A stretch of DNA of 63,421 nucleotides, the filler included, from Stramenopiles sp. TOSAG23-6 (lineage: Eukaryota): the NCBI GenBank assembly GCA_900128565.1. It is 36 parts of 36 records of this genome, joined end to end, with 100 filler letters (N's around TTAATTAATTAA, not from the genome) between each part and the next. Parts side by side here need not be neighbours in the genome. Positions count along the whole stretch, not along the records: positions 38,947 to 40,608 come from LT638733.1; positions 40,709 to 42,368 come from LT638734.1; positions 42,469 to 44,127 come from LT638735.1; positions 44,228 to 45,886 come from LT638736.1; positions 45,987 to 47,644 come from LT638737.1; positions 47,745 to 49,399 come from LT638738.1; positions 49,500 to 51,153 come from LT638739.1; positions 51,254 to 52,907 come from LT638740.1; 28 more parts are not named here. One strand, written 5' to 3'. The position numbers and the translations under genes are program-made. Positions 38,947 to 51,492 of the stretch are shown here, in pieces. The notes under the pieces are model-generated. The model was given only the letters and a program-made list of their open reading frames with translations. It was not told the DNA's origin and searched no databases. Every line of letters begins with the position of its first letter. Within the stretch, counting starts at the first letter, position 1.

Positions 38947-39926
38947 ATTTCTTGCTCAGTTGATCCTGATTTTTCTAGAGTTTGCTTCAATTTTCGTTTC
39001 GACCTCCGACTGTATGGCCAATGTTGTTTTCTGTTTTTGTAGGTTCTGGAATGCAATTATTTGGTATGTCCTGTGGAACGATCGCATTTGCTTGTATTGG
39101 TTTTTTATCACCTGCAATGCGAGGAAGTGTCATGATTGCGCTCGTATCTTTTTTTGTTTTTTTGGGAACTGTATCGGGTTATTATTCTGCTGCCATGTAC
39201 AAAGTATTTGGTGGAAAGGACTGGCAAAAATGTATTCTTTTAACGTCACTACTTTTTCCAGGTATTGTATTTGCGATTTTTTTTATTGTAAATCTTTTTG
39301 TCTGGCATCAAGGATCATCAGGGGCGGTGCCATTTACATCCCTTTTTGCTGTATTTTTTCTTTGGGTAGGAATATCAATCCCACTGACATTTCTTGGCGC
39401 ATACTTTGGTTTTCGACGTGAAACGCTTGAAGTCCCATGTGTCGTTTCGCCTTATCCAAGACAAATTCCCCCACAAATTTGGTATTTACGTAAGTGGATT
39501 ACGGTTCCGTTTGCTGGCATTCTTCCTTTTGGTGCGATTTCTATTGAGGCAACTTTCATATTTAATTCACTATGGCTGGATAAGTATTATTATGTATTTG
39601 GGTTTTTAGCCATTATATTTGTACTTTTATGTATTACATGCGCAGAAGTTTCAATGGTTCTTTGCTACTTTCAGTTATGCTCAGAAGATTATCGATGGTG
39701 GTGGCGAACTTTCTTTACTTCTGGCTCAAGTGCAGTATACCTGTGGTTGTATTCAATATTTTTTTATTGCGACAGAATGCATACTGTTACCGCGACAGCT
39801 GCTCTTGTATACTTTTCATACAGTGCAATTATAACAATCGCGTATTTCCTTACCACTGGTGTTCTCGGATTTTCCGCCACATTTTGGTTTGTGCATAAAA
39901 TATATGGGTCCCTTAAGGTTGATTGA
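38947..39926 (+). CDS. TM9SF/nonaspanin (EMP70) C-terminal part
   Basis: FRPP, GFLSPAMRG, PRQIP, GILPFGA, YFQLCSEDYRWWW, IYGSLKVD*. Confidence 0.96.
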
Positions 39927-40235
39927 TTATATGTACAATATTCTATTGTATCTAATCTTTATCTGAAGAAGCATGAAAATAAGTTAAAAAAAAAGAAATA
40001 AAACGATATTGTAAGACTTAGTTTATTATTTATTATCATGTAAGAACTAAAGTTTTCTTCGTCATTCTTCACTTTTTCTCTACATCTGTCNNNNNNNNNN
40101 NNNNNNNNNNNNNNNNNNNNNNNNNNNNNNNNNNNNNNNNNNNNNNNNNNNNNNNNNNNNNNNNNNNNNNNNNNNNNNNNNNNNNNNNNNNNNNNNNNNN
40201 NNNNNNNNNNNNNNNNNNNNNNNNNNNNNNNNNNN

Positions 40236-40608
40236 TCAATCGTAAATTCTATTGAACCAGAATCATTCTCTGCATCAACTTCATCTATTGTCCAATACAA
40301 TACCCCCTCACGTTTATCGTGTTTTGTACTACCAGAAACAGATGAAAATTGTGGAGTAGCTGACGTTCCAAGAGGAATTGTTATTACAAGATTTCTCAAT
40401 GTGAGTGATGTAAGTTCAAGTGTGTATTCAATATTTACACTTGTGGTACTATCGCCAGCTTCAGGCCAACAATTAATTATCAATGGCATGTATGAATCAT
40501 CATTATTACTTGAAAAGCGCCATCGCATTGCTCCAACTCCGTTTCCGAGTGGAAAAGGTCTTGATGTGGATTTGGACCTAAGTATATGCTCACTTGCCAA
40601 AGCTTTGC
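40236..40608 (-). CDS. ARCN1: Coatomer delta subunit, mu-homology domain fragment
   Basis: RPFPLG..MRWR..MPLIINCWP..VNIEYTL..SGSIEF. Confidence 0.88.
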
Positions 40609-40708
40609 NNNNNNNNNNNNNNNNNNNNNNNNNNNNNNNNNNNNNNNNNNNNTTAATTAATTAANNNNNNNNNNNNNNNNNNNNNNNNNNNNNNNNNNNN
40701 NNNNNNNN

Positions 40709-42025
40709 GAATGGTACCGTTGATTTTACGCATAGTTCTTGTAGTTGTGGTGGAAGTTTATCCTTATTTTTAAGTAAAAATTCATTCACATCATAGTGAA
40801 CAGCGCCAGCAAAATGAACGACGGAAAATATATTTTCTTTCTTTTTGTGACCATAAAAATATTCCGATGCTTGTTTCGTAACTTTATTCTTGGCTTTCTT
40901 ATTCAAACCTTTAGCCTTGCCAAATTTTTTACAGCATTGTTTAAGAAATTGTATATCGGTAAATCCATCTTTTCCAGACACATCATCAAGCATTGGGAAA
41001 ACTCCAAGAAATTTCTTTGATTTTTTAACAATCAGATTACAGCAAGGAGTATTATCCTTGTGTTTTGGAATCATTGACGTATCTAGACCTTCCGCAGTAT
41101 ATGCAGCTTCTTCATCGTCAAACACATAATGATTGAATAACTGCTGCAACTTTTCATTCGCAAAATTAATACAGAGCTGTTCAATCGAATTTCGGGGCAT
41201 TACTTCAAATCCAAAAATATCTAAAAGCCCAACAAACGCATCTTTATCACCTTTTGGTTCCAACACATCATTGCAGACTGTCAGAATGAGCCACGAGAAT
41301 GCATTGTCATAAATGTCTTTAGACAAAGCATTTCGATTATCTACTGAGGCTGTTGGATTACACTCTTTATCTGCAAATTTTCCACCAGGTAAATTAAGGC
41401 GATATATACAAAGCATTTCCCCAAAATTATCAGGCATACCCAATAGATTAGATACTTCTTTAGCGTATTCTAAGTCCTTTACCTTGGCTCCTTGTCCGTC
41501 TTTTACAAATTCAACAGAAAGGAGTTTTAAGCAGCCTGCAATAATTTGCCATAGGGAATGTTGTACATCATCTGAAACACCAGCAGCAGTGAGAGCTGCC
41601 CGAGTTCCGGTATCATCTGGATTATCTGTTAAAGGAGCATTGAAACGATTGATATCGTATTCTGGTCCGAGACCGTGTCCGATTTCTGATGACCCACCTT
41701 CGCATAGCAAAGGGTATTCATCGCAGCTTTTGAGCTTAAAATCAGATACTTCAGTATGTCCTCCTTCTTTCCCTCCACGCAACAACTGGTAGAATATATG
41801 ATAGTTGCGCTCACCACTACCTTGACCACACAATCGAGCTTTTTCTAACAAATAATGTTCTAGCTCTGCTCCAACAATTTTACCGTCGCAAAACCAAATT
41901 TTGGTAAATTTACCAAAGCGTGATGAGTTGTCGTTCATATTAGTCTTCGCATTGCCAAACGCTTCCAGAAATGGACTTACGCCAGCTACAAGCGATGTAA
42001 TATCTTTATCACCACCAGCACCACC
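40709..42025 (-). CDS. Myosin motor domain (from switch 1 onward), in frame with the kinesin fragment
   Basis: LEAFGNAKT..NDNSSRFGKF, YLLEK, ERNYHIFYQL, GLLDIFGFE, EQLCINFANEKLQQLF, HFAGAVHY, KNKD. Confidence 0.95.
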
Positions 42026-42368
42026 AACAGCAGATTGTATTAATCGTTTTACATCTGTGAAAACTTCTTCTTGTGTTGTTTTTGACCCAAATACACGATC
42101 AAATTTGTACACACGACGTTGATTACGCTTGTCATGAAAAGCTACCTCGTTTTCGGAAATTGGTTGAATCACAGTTTTATGTTTTTCACCTCTTTCTTGA
42201 ACGTTAGGAGGTCTAACTCTACAATACACTCGAATGTTACCTTTCATGTCTTCTATTTCATTGTAATACTTTTTCCGTAATTCTTGCTCTTGAAGGAAAT
42301 CCGATCGCAATTTTGATTGTTGTGCCTCTAAGGCCTCAAGCTGGACTCGCATTCGCTCAGCTACACCT
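42026..42368 (-). CDS. Kinesin-14 neck and start of the motor domain
   Basis: RKKYYNEIEDMKGNIRVYCRVRP..FDRVFG..QEEVF..LIQSAV. Confidence 0.9.
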
Positions 42369-42468
42369 NNNNNNNNNNNNNNNNNNNNNNNNNNNNNNNN
42401 NNNNNNNNNNNNTTAATTAATTAANNNNNNNNNNNNNNNNNNNNNNNNNNNNNNNNNNNNNNNNNNNN

Positions 42469-44127
42469 TTTTGTAGATTATCTATTGAATCTGTTACAAT
42501 AGCAGNACGNTNTGCATGTCGTTTATCATGAACACGGAATTTTCCTGCAGTCAATGCAATGTCGTGGATTGACCTTAAGGTGTTGTCTGCTTCAATTGCA
42601 TGCCTATACTTATGTGCTGTGTCTGTAATCGATTGATCATGAACTCCAGATACTGGCATTAATGTAAATAATCCAGTTTTGTTTTCCGATAATGTTTGTT
42701 TTTGAATGTACTTTCCCCGATCCGTATTGTACTGTTGTAGTACTACATGTGCATTTGTACCACCAAATCCAAACCCACTTGTCCCAATAACTGCACTACC
42801 TCGTGTATAATCGTCTACAAGATATTCTCCTTCTGTTACAATACGAACACCTAATTCATCAAAATTGATATGCTCATTCGGTTTATTGAGATTAAGACTT
42901 GGAGGAATCCAATTATGATGTAATATTAGTGCTGATTTTATCAAATTTGCAATTCCAGCTGCAGGTTCCAAATGTCCAATATTTGTTTTAACACTTCCTA
43001 CGCGTACAGGACCATTCATAGAAACATCACGAGTACTATTTGCTACAAGAACTCGACCTAATGCTGTTAGCTCTATCGGATCACCAAGTTTTGTACCCGT
43101 TCCATGTGCTTCGACATATGCCACGCTTGATGATGAAACACCTGCATCTTTATACGCAGCATTTAACACGGCTTCCTGAGATGCTGGATTTGGCGCAGTA
43201 AGACCGTTACTTTTACCATCTTGATTGACAGCACTTCCTTTTACTATTGCATAGACCAACCCATCATCGTTCAACGAATGACTCATACGTTTTATAACAA
43301 TCATTCCACATCCTTCACCACGAGCATATCCATTTGCGGTGTTGTCTCCAAACTTTACTTTTGCATCAGATGACAGCATTCCAGCAACATTAAACGCATC
43401 ATATGTAGACTGATTTAGTAAAATGTTGACACCACCAACTAGTGCAGCATTAATTTCTCCATTTCTCAGGGCTTTGATAGCACTATGAAAGGCAACAAGA
43501 CTCGATGAACAAGCAGTATCTACAGCAAAACTTGGTCCGCGTAAATTGAATGTATATGAAATACGATTTGCAGCAACACTTAATGCACCACCAGTACCTG
43601 AATATGGAGTAGAATGTATATTTTCTGCCAAATTCGAATAATCTGCGGCTGAAATTCCAATGTATACTCCAACCATTTCATTATCAATAACAGAACCATC
43701 ATTTTGTAGCATTCCAGAATCTTCGAGTGCTTCTCTCGCTGTTTGCAACAGAAGCCGTTGCTGTGGATCCATCGCACGAGCTTCGCTTGAAGATATACCA
43801 AAAGCTTTCGCATCAAACGTAGTTATAGTTTCTTCTGACAAAAATCCACCTCCACCACCCAGGTCTCGACGCCACGCTGGAGGGTTCATAGACATTGAAT
43901 CATTTCCACTACATAACAAATTCCAAAAAGAATCAGGTGTATTTGAATCTCCTGGGAATCGGCAAGATATTCCAGTAATGGCAATCTTTTCATGTGTATT
44001 TGTCCCAATTTTCCTTGGGACACGGATATGTTTTAACTGTACATTTTTACATTTATTTCCATTTACATTTTCAATAGGCTTTACTTGAGAGTATATATAT
44101 CGTGTAAGTGCGCGTATTGTACTATGC
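42469..44127 (-). CDS. Type I polyketide/fatty-acid synthase, ketosynthase domain
   Basis: IAITGISCRFPG, MDPQQRLLL, DTACSSS, EAHGTGT, KTNIGHLE, FGFGGTNAH. Confidence 0.96.
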
Positions 44128-44281
44128 NNNNNNNNNNNNNNNNNNNNNNNNNNNNNNNNNNNNNNNNNNNNTTAATTAATTAANNNNNNNNNNNNNNNNN
44201 NNNNNNNNNNNNNNNNNNNNNNNNNNNTACCTAACAATTTTTTTTAGATTTTTTTTTTTGAAATATTTTTCCAAATTAAAT

Positions 44282-45259
44282 GATTGGGTTAGATGCAACC
44301 TGGTTAATGGCGCATAGAATTATGGATTATTCACTTCTATTAGGTGTTGTTAGAGCCAGACAAAGATTACAACGACGTCACAGTACGTTTTAAATTTTTT
44401 TTTCATTTTTTTTTCAATTTTTTTTTCATACGAAATTTTGTACCTAACAAAACATTTAATTTTTTTTTTTTTTTTTTTAATTTTTTAGCTAACAAAACAT
44501 TTAAATTCTATTCTGAAATATTTTCCAATTGTACAGATGAGTCAAGATATAATAAATATACTCCAAATGATGAAACATCTCATTTTGAAACAAAATACAA
44601 AACAAATGAAACATCTACAATGTTTGATGATAGAAAAAACTCTATTGTACACCCTAACCCTAGTGTACACCCTAACCCTAGTGTACACCCTAACCCTAGG
44701 GTACATACGGATGAATTTCGTTATTATAAAGTCTCAAGTCGAGTATTAGAAGGACCGATGCGTTACTATATGGGTGTGATTGATATGCTTCAAAAATATG
44801 ACACGAAAAAAAAAATTGAACGATGGTATAAAACATGTATGTTGTATATGAATTTCTAATTTAAGTTTTTTTTTTTTTGGTTTTTTTTCGTAAAAAAATT
44901 TCGTACCTAACAATTTTTTTTTTTTTNAAATATTTTTTCACAATATATGTGTTCTTTGTCAAAATGCTTCCTCGATTTCGTGTGTTGATGAAACTTTATA
45001 TGCCAGTCGGTTTTTATTTTTTATTGATAATATTTGTACTGATGACGGAATTGAAAACCCTAACCCTAAAAAAAAGGCACATCAGTACCCTAACCCTAAT
45101 AACCATAATATTGTCAATAAACACGGAATTGAAAAAAAAAACACTAGTAGTAGTAACAGAATGAATAATAATGATGATTATGCTAATACAGATGATACAA
45201 TGAATGACAATATTAATAGTAGTGATGATCAATGTGGGATGTATAATTACCAAAAATAA
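44282..45259 (+). CDS. Phosphatidylinositol phosphate kinase (PIP5K) C-terminus; introns from 44383 and 44837-44948 (GT-AT)
   Basis: IMDYSLLLG, YYMGVIDMLQKY..KKIE, ISCVDETLYASRF. Confidence 0.9.
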
Positions 45260-45375
45260 AAATTAATCAAACAGATTTCTAATTTTCATTTTAATAGCTA
45301 GTAAATTTTGTACGTAAACAAAAAAACAAAAAAACAAAAAAACAAAAAAAACAACTTTTCAAAACGTTTTTTTTT

Positions 45376-45886
45376 TTAATTATCAAAAATTGCAAATACA
45401 ACATTATCAAAATGATCGCGCATTTTCACAAGTTCCTCTCTGAACATGGCAGCAACGTCGCTCCCATCGTTTTCAAATACGCCACATCCAAGAGCTCCCA
45501 AGACGACATTTCTGTGTNNNNNNNNNNNNNNNNNNNNNNNNNNNNNNNNNNNNNNNNNNNNNNNNNNNNNNNNNNNNNNNNNNNNNNNNNNNNNNNNNNN
45601 NNNNNNNNNNNNNNNNNNNNNNNNNNNNNNNNNNNNNNNNNNNNNNNATCTTTGATTACTCCTGAGATCACAGCCATTATTTGGTCCAGGAGAAGCTTTC
45701 AAACATACCGTTAAATTGTCTTTGCTGCTATCTAGCTTAACTCTGCGTGATAGATCATGTAACACTGTTGACTTCTGAAACTCAGACGGAGTTGACGATT
45801 GAACTGCGGGTAATTCTCCTTTGCTTTCTGCTTGTGGTAATTCTGCTGCAGGTTTTCCGACGGATGCTGCTGCGCTTTGTTCTCCA
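45376..45886 (-). CDS. Microbial-type PARG (TIGR02452/DUF2263-like macrodomain) C-terminus
   Basis: VVLGALGCGVFEN..VAAMFREEL..FDNVVFAI. Confidence 0.75.
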
Positions 45887-46436
45887 NNNNNNNNNNNNNN
45901 NNNNNNNNNNNNNNNNNNNNNNNNNNNNNNTTAATTAATTAANNNNNNNNNNNNNNNNNNNNNNNNNNNNNNNNNNNNNNNNNNNNCGAAATTTTGTACC
46001 TAACAATTTTTTTTTTTTTTTTGAAATATTTTTCCAAAATACATGGATCGATACGGTGGTTTTGCCTTTTTATTTCATAAGAGCGAAACATCTGAAACAT
46101 TTTCTACAAACTTTTCTGAATCTCCGATTGATTTATTTTATCCCGTAATATCACGTTAAATTATATCCAAATAAAATAATATTGTCTTTTGAAAAGAAAT
46201 GTTTTTTGAGATTTTGAGATTTTGAGATTGAATTCGATTTTTACGGGTACCCGGTACCGAAACAAAATTCTGACCCACAATTTTTACTATTCTGAATTCT
46301 GACCTGACACTTGAGGAACTACCAGACTGTAGTAGTATATTACGGCCTTATAAATAGGTATTACGAACTGCTGTTGTTGATTGCTATCATCACTATTATT
46401 GGTTAAGCGGAGAAAAGAGGACCAGATTGTATCAAC

Positions 46437-47553
46437 ATGGATTTTATCGTTGACAAAATGGACGGAGGGAATAAGAGGGTTTTAGCAAACTTCGTTTATG
46501 TCCATCCGAGTGACTTTTCAAAACTAGTTTCAATGTCTGGATTACCAGATAATCTCCCTGCTAACCCTGAAGCTACTGGTATTCTCGTGAAATGTAGAGA
46601 CTTTGTCTATACAGTAAAACCTGGAGATATGGAAGATGAAGGTTGTGCTGCTTTTAATATATTCCAACGTCTTTCTGCGTCACTTCAAACAGGTAGAGAC
46701 AAAGATTACAACCCTCCTAGAATAATCGAAACAGCTCCTCGCATAACGCTAACACCCTTTTCACCATCGTTGGAAAACTTTGCTCTTCGTGCTCTCAAAC
46801 TTGAAGTAGGATTTCGAAGTATGCCTGATAGTACGAAAAAATTGATTTAGATTGTGAAATGCTTGCAGCTTTGGTAAAACATCGATTTAGTGGACAGGTT
46901 TTTTCCGTAAATCAAAGGTTTGCGGTGAAACACAAATTTCAAAATGGTAAGAAGCTGCTTCTTGAATTAAAAGTTATTTCCGTTGATCACCTCAATACGA
47001 ACAGTCTATTGAACAATGAAGGGGAACAGTCTTCTCATGCATCGTCGATGTTCTCTTCTACGTTGTCTTGTGGTCAGTTAATACAAGGAGTTGAAGGAGG
47101 TCATGCAAGTTTTTATTTTTTTCAATTTCGAATTTACTTTTTTTCGTACGAAATTTTGTACCTAACAAATTTTACAAAAAAAAATATTTTTCACACTCCA
47201 TACCGGAACGATAATCACCTTTAAAAAAGATTCTGTTAAAGGGAAGTCCCTCCGTTTACTTACTGCTGACACTGGTGAAGGTGAAAATGAAACTCCTTTC
47301 GAAGGTGGATTAGATCTCAAAAAAATGGGTATTGGAGGCCTCGATAAAGAGTTTGATGAATTACGTACTCGGGCTTTCAATACTCGATTATTACCGGCGT
47401 CTTGGATGCGAAAATTAGGACACAAACATGTCCGTGGTATATTACTCTATGGTCCTCCAGGATGTGGTAAAACTTTAATTGCGCGAAAACTGGCTGAAGC
47501 ATTAAAAGCTCGTGAACCTAAAATTGTTCAAGGTCCGGAGTTGTTAAGTAAAT
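46437..47553 (+). CDS. NSF: Vesicle-fusing ATPase NSF/Sec18, N-terminal part; probable homopolymer frameshift at about 46840; GC..AT intron 47105-47201
   Basis: [46 protein letters not shown]. Confidence 0.93.
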
Positions 47554-47940
47554 GTATGTTTCATTTTTTTTTTTAACAAAAAAATCGAATTTTTTTTGGT
47601 AAAAAAATTTTGTACCTAACAAATTTTTTTAGATTTTTTTTGAANNNNNNNNNNNNNNNNNNNNNNNNNNNNNNNNNNNNNNNNNNNNTTAATTAATTAA
47701 NNNNNNNNNNNNNNNNNNNNNNNNNNNNNNNNNNNNNNNNNNNNCAGCCAGCCAGCTACATTATGGTCAGCACTCAGTAGCTTGTGATTTTATCTTAGCT
47801 ACTAGTCCTATTTTTCTAGTAGAGTAACAATTCCATACACACAGGATGTATTTCCCGCCAATGTATAGTATGTGTTATATGCGTACTTAGTAACCAATAG
47901 ATTGCATTGTAGGTGTTATCGCGTTTCAATTGATAAAGAA

Positions 47941-48237
47941 ATGGTGAAAACTCGTCTGATGAAAATATTTTGTTTACCGTGCAAGCAGCCTTTATATTCT
48001 TATAGAAAGGGAAATCCATCGGGTGCTCTTATTAAATGCTTTGATCATAATATCAAAAAAGATTACACAAAAGTACGTGGCGAATGCCCAAATTGTGGCT
48101 CTGTTTTTGCGCGATATGTATCAATACAAAACAAACCGTGTAACAAACTGATCAGAGGAAAGTATTTTGTCAGAGGCTTCAGTACTTCTTATAGCTTTTT
48201 ATCAACTAGTCAAATAGACAAAAATAAGTATAGATAA
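47941..48237 (+). CDS. Small Zn-ribbon protein
   Basis: CLPC..YRKG..GALIKC..CPNCG. Confidence 0.65.
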   Translation: MVKTRLMKIFCLPCKQPLYSYRKGNPSGALIKCFDHNIKKDYTKVRGECPNCGSVFARYVSIQNKPCNKLIRGKYFVRGFSTSYSFLSTSQIDKNKYR

Positions 48238-48817
48238 TGTATATCAGTTTGGTTTATTATAAACGCAACATTATTCCCATAAAAAGAGGCAATACCAAAA
48301 AGAAAAAAGAATAACCCAAAAGTTGTACAATAAATTTGCCAGGACTCATAATTTCCACCTCCTCTTTTGCATTACTAGTATTATCATTACAATTGTTAAT
48401 TCCCCCCCTTCTTCTTTCTAATTTTTGATGTACTCGTTTAGCTTTGCGCACACTTAAATTGACATCACATCGGTACCTCACTGCAATTTTATGCGCTTGT
48501 TTTGCAACACGCACAGCTGTTTCTATGGCTTTTTTTTTGCTTATTTTGCTTATTTTGATATTATTGATTTCTTTTCCCTTTATACTTTTTTCATGAAGGG
48601 AAGGGGCATGTTGTTTTATGCTTGTTTGTTTTAATGATATTCTCTCTTTTGCAGATTTTGGAACAAAAGGAAAATTGATTGATAGAAAAAACAGTATGTA
48701 TTTTTTACCAGTTGTCAAAGTACGTGCAAGAATTACTCCAAATACTCCTAATACTCCTAATACCGGCGGACCTATTATGTTCATACAAGATCCAATGAAG
48801 ATAATTCAAGCAAAGGA

Positions 48818-49399
48818 TTGTATCGAATTGAACTTGTCCAGGAAGCTTTTGAAATTTTATTGAATGATGTAGAACTTGGTAATTCAGTATTGCCTTATTT
48901 CAAGATGAAACAACCGTTTTTGATTCCTGAGGTCAAACCAAATGTTGAAGCTGTTGAAAATTCAGAGGGAAAACCAAATCTTAAAGGACATCTTAGATCT
49001 GTTGATAGATCAGAAAGAAAAACAAATCTTAGACCTATTGATAAATCAAAAGATCTCCAAGAATCAATAATATTAAAATTGCCATTAATGAAAGCTATAG
49101 AGGTAAATCAATATCAAGAAAAACAAAAAACAAAAATTAAACTGCAAAAAGTAAGTCATCAAAAAAAAAGAAAACCTAAAAAACTTGCACAAAAGACAAT
49201 ATCAAGAGAAAAAAGAAAAGTAAACAATCACGAGATAAAGAAATCTAAAAAAAACGAACGAAAAGCCAAAGCAAAAGAAGAAAGAATTGCAGTCCAACAA
49301 CAAAAACAAAAAGCAATTGAAGACAGGAGGAGAAAATCAAATGACGCGAGAAAGAGAAGCGGAAGGAAATCTGCAAAAGAGAGAATATCATTAAAACAA
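48818..49399 (+). CDS. Lys-rich hypothetical protein; its C-terminus lies inverted at 48257-48655
   Basis: SAKERISLKQ occurs at the contig end and in reverse complement at about 48624-48655. Confidence 0.5.
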
Positions 49400-50217
49400 N
49401 NNNNNNNNNNNNNNNNNNNNNNNNNNNNNNNNNNNNNNNNNNNTTAATTAATTAANNNNNNNNNNNNNNNNNNNNNNNNNNNNNNNNNNNNNNNNNNNNA
49501 TTCTTCATTATTGTAGCACTTTTATAAGTTTTGAAAAGAATAGTTATTTGGATATGTTTTCTTTAGATTTTCAAATCGCAGTAAGCTAAAAACGAATCCA
49601 AATCTGAAATCCAAAAATCCTTTAAAAAAAAATTCAAAAAAACTGAGCTGATTTTTCAAAATCGAATTTCTGATTTATTATTCTTTTTTTTTTATTCAAC
49701 AATTTTCCTATTTTTTAAGCATAAGATTGTAGCATGTTTATCACATTTTGTTGTATATGTACCATCAACATCTTCAATTATTAGTGTTGCCATTTGAACT
49801 AGTCTTTTTGCATCTTCAATAAGTTGTGGAAATCTCATTGTACAATAGAGTTTACAATTTTTTTCAATTTTGAAAATATCATTCATAAAAAGAGTTAATG
49901 CATTTGGAGATTGACAAAAATGACCTTTACCAATTTTTGTTGCAATATATATATGTGGTTATTTCCTCCCTGAGACTTTCAGATACCATTAAACCCTAAC
50001 CCTAAACATTGAGAAAGAAAGATTTTTTTGTCTCACTTTTCTTCTCTCTCAACCCTAACCCTAATCACAACTGCACTCTTTATATTATTATTATACTAAT
50101 TATAATACACTCGTTATATAATATAATAGTTAAGTAGATCATCATTAAATATATAATACTAATTATTTATTATTAGTTTTATTAGTATTATAAGGTTTTA
50201 AATAGTCTAATTATTCA

Positions 50218-51153
50218 TCAAGTAGAATCAAATTGTACATCAGATGAAAGCGAAGAATTAGGTCGTACATCAGTATGATTAGGGTTAGGGTTAGATACAA
50301 TTGTATTTGACTGATTGGCCATCATAATTTCTATTCTAGGCTCATTACTCTTTTGTTGCTTTGATATACAACAAAATGTACAATAACCAAAATGGAACAT
50401 ACAACAACCGACACACAATGACAAACAAACAATCATAATGATTACAATTAATCCATACAACCGAAAAGCGACAGAAAAGAAACTTGGACAAGATGAATTA
50501 AGCAATTCATGTATTTTGGAAAAATATTTCAAAAAAAAAAAAATTTCAAAATTTGTTAGGTACAAAATTTCGTACGAAAAAAAAATTCGATTTTTTTTTT
50601 CGGTAAAAAAAAAAAATAAAACATACATTTTCTTTTGCCTCTGGTGGTTTATAATTCGATCCTTTCTCGTGAATCTCTGAAAGGAAATCAAATATTGTAT
50701 CAAATCCTGGTTCTCCTGATGATGGTGGAATGTGACTCCCCTCACTGCTTGAGGCACGTGTCGCTGATGAAAATTTCGTAGCATATTCATATATTTTGGA
50801 AAAATATTTGAAAAAAAATTTGAAAAATTTATTAGGTACAAAATATCGTATGAAAAAAAAATTTTTTGGAAAAAAATTTGAAAAAAAATTTGAAAAATTT
50901 GTTAGGTACAAAATTTCGTATGAAAAAAAAATTTGAAAAAAAAAATTAAAACATACATTTGTCATGCAGTTGGTAATGATGAGATCTAATTCACTCATGT
51001 ATTGTACAAAAAATTCAAATTTTTGAAAAAAAAAAATCGTTAGGTACGAAATTTCGTAGTAAAAAAAATATTAAATTTGACATTTAAAAAAAAAAATAAA
51101 AAAGTACATGTAGATATACATGGGTAATGAATAGGGCGATTTTTCATTGATAC
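50218..51153 (-). CDS. Membrane-anchored hypothetical protein, 3' exons with three GT-AT introns (e.g. 50509-50626)
   Basis: In-frame joins MTN|EYATK..AKEN|ELLNSSC; C-terminal TM helix. Confidence 0.65.
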
Positions 51154-51492
51154 NNNNNNNNNNNNNNNNNNNNNNNNNNNNNNNNNNNNNNNNNNNNTTA
51201 ATTAATTAANNNNNNNNNNNNNNNNNNNNNNNNNNNNNNNNNNNNNNNNNNNNACTCGTAGGTATCATTTATATGGTAACATAACTTCAAATTGTAGATA
51301 TATATGCAGAAACCAAGTAGTCACACTAGTACTAAAAAAGCTCTAAAAAAAAAAATTTAACGTAAAAAAAAAAAATGAAACTGATTACCTGTGACTGTTA
51401 TATTTGTAAAGAAGGTGCAAAGAAGAGCCAAAGAATCATGATGAACGATAGAATACAATGAAAGAAGACACCGTTATTTTTCTATTAGTATA

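Noticed and set aside
39918-39926. Stop-codon reassignment suggested by scattered in-frame stops
   Set aside because: TGA ends TM9SF at its conserved KVD terminus, TAA/TAG end other genes normally, and long conserved ORFs contain no internal stops.
46830-46860. Programmed frameshift in NSF (and near the Raptor start)
   Set aside because: One extra A in an A-run restores KKIDLDCEM; homopolymer errors look common in this assembly.
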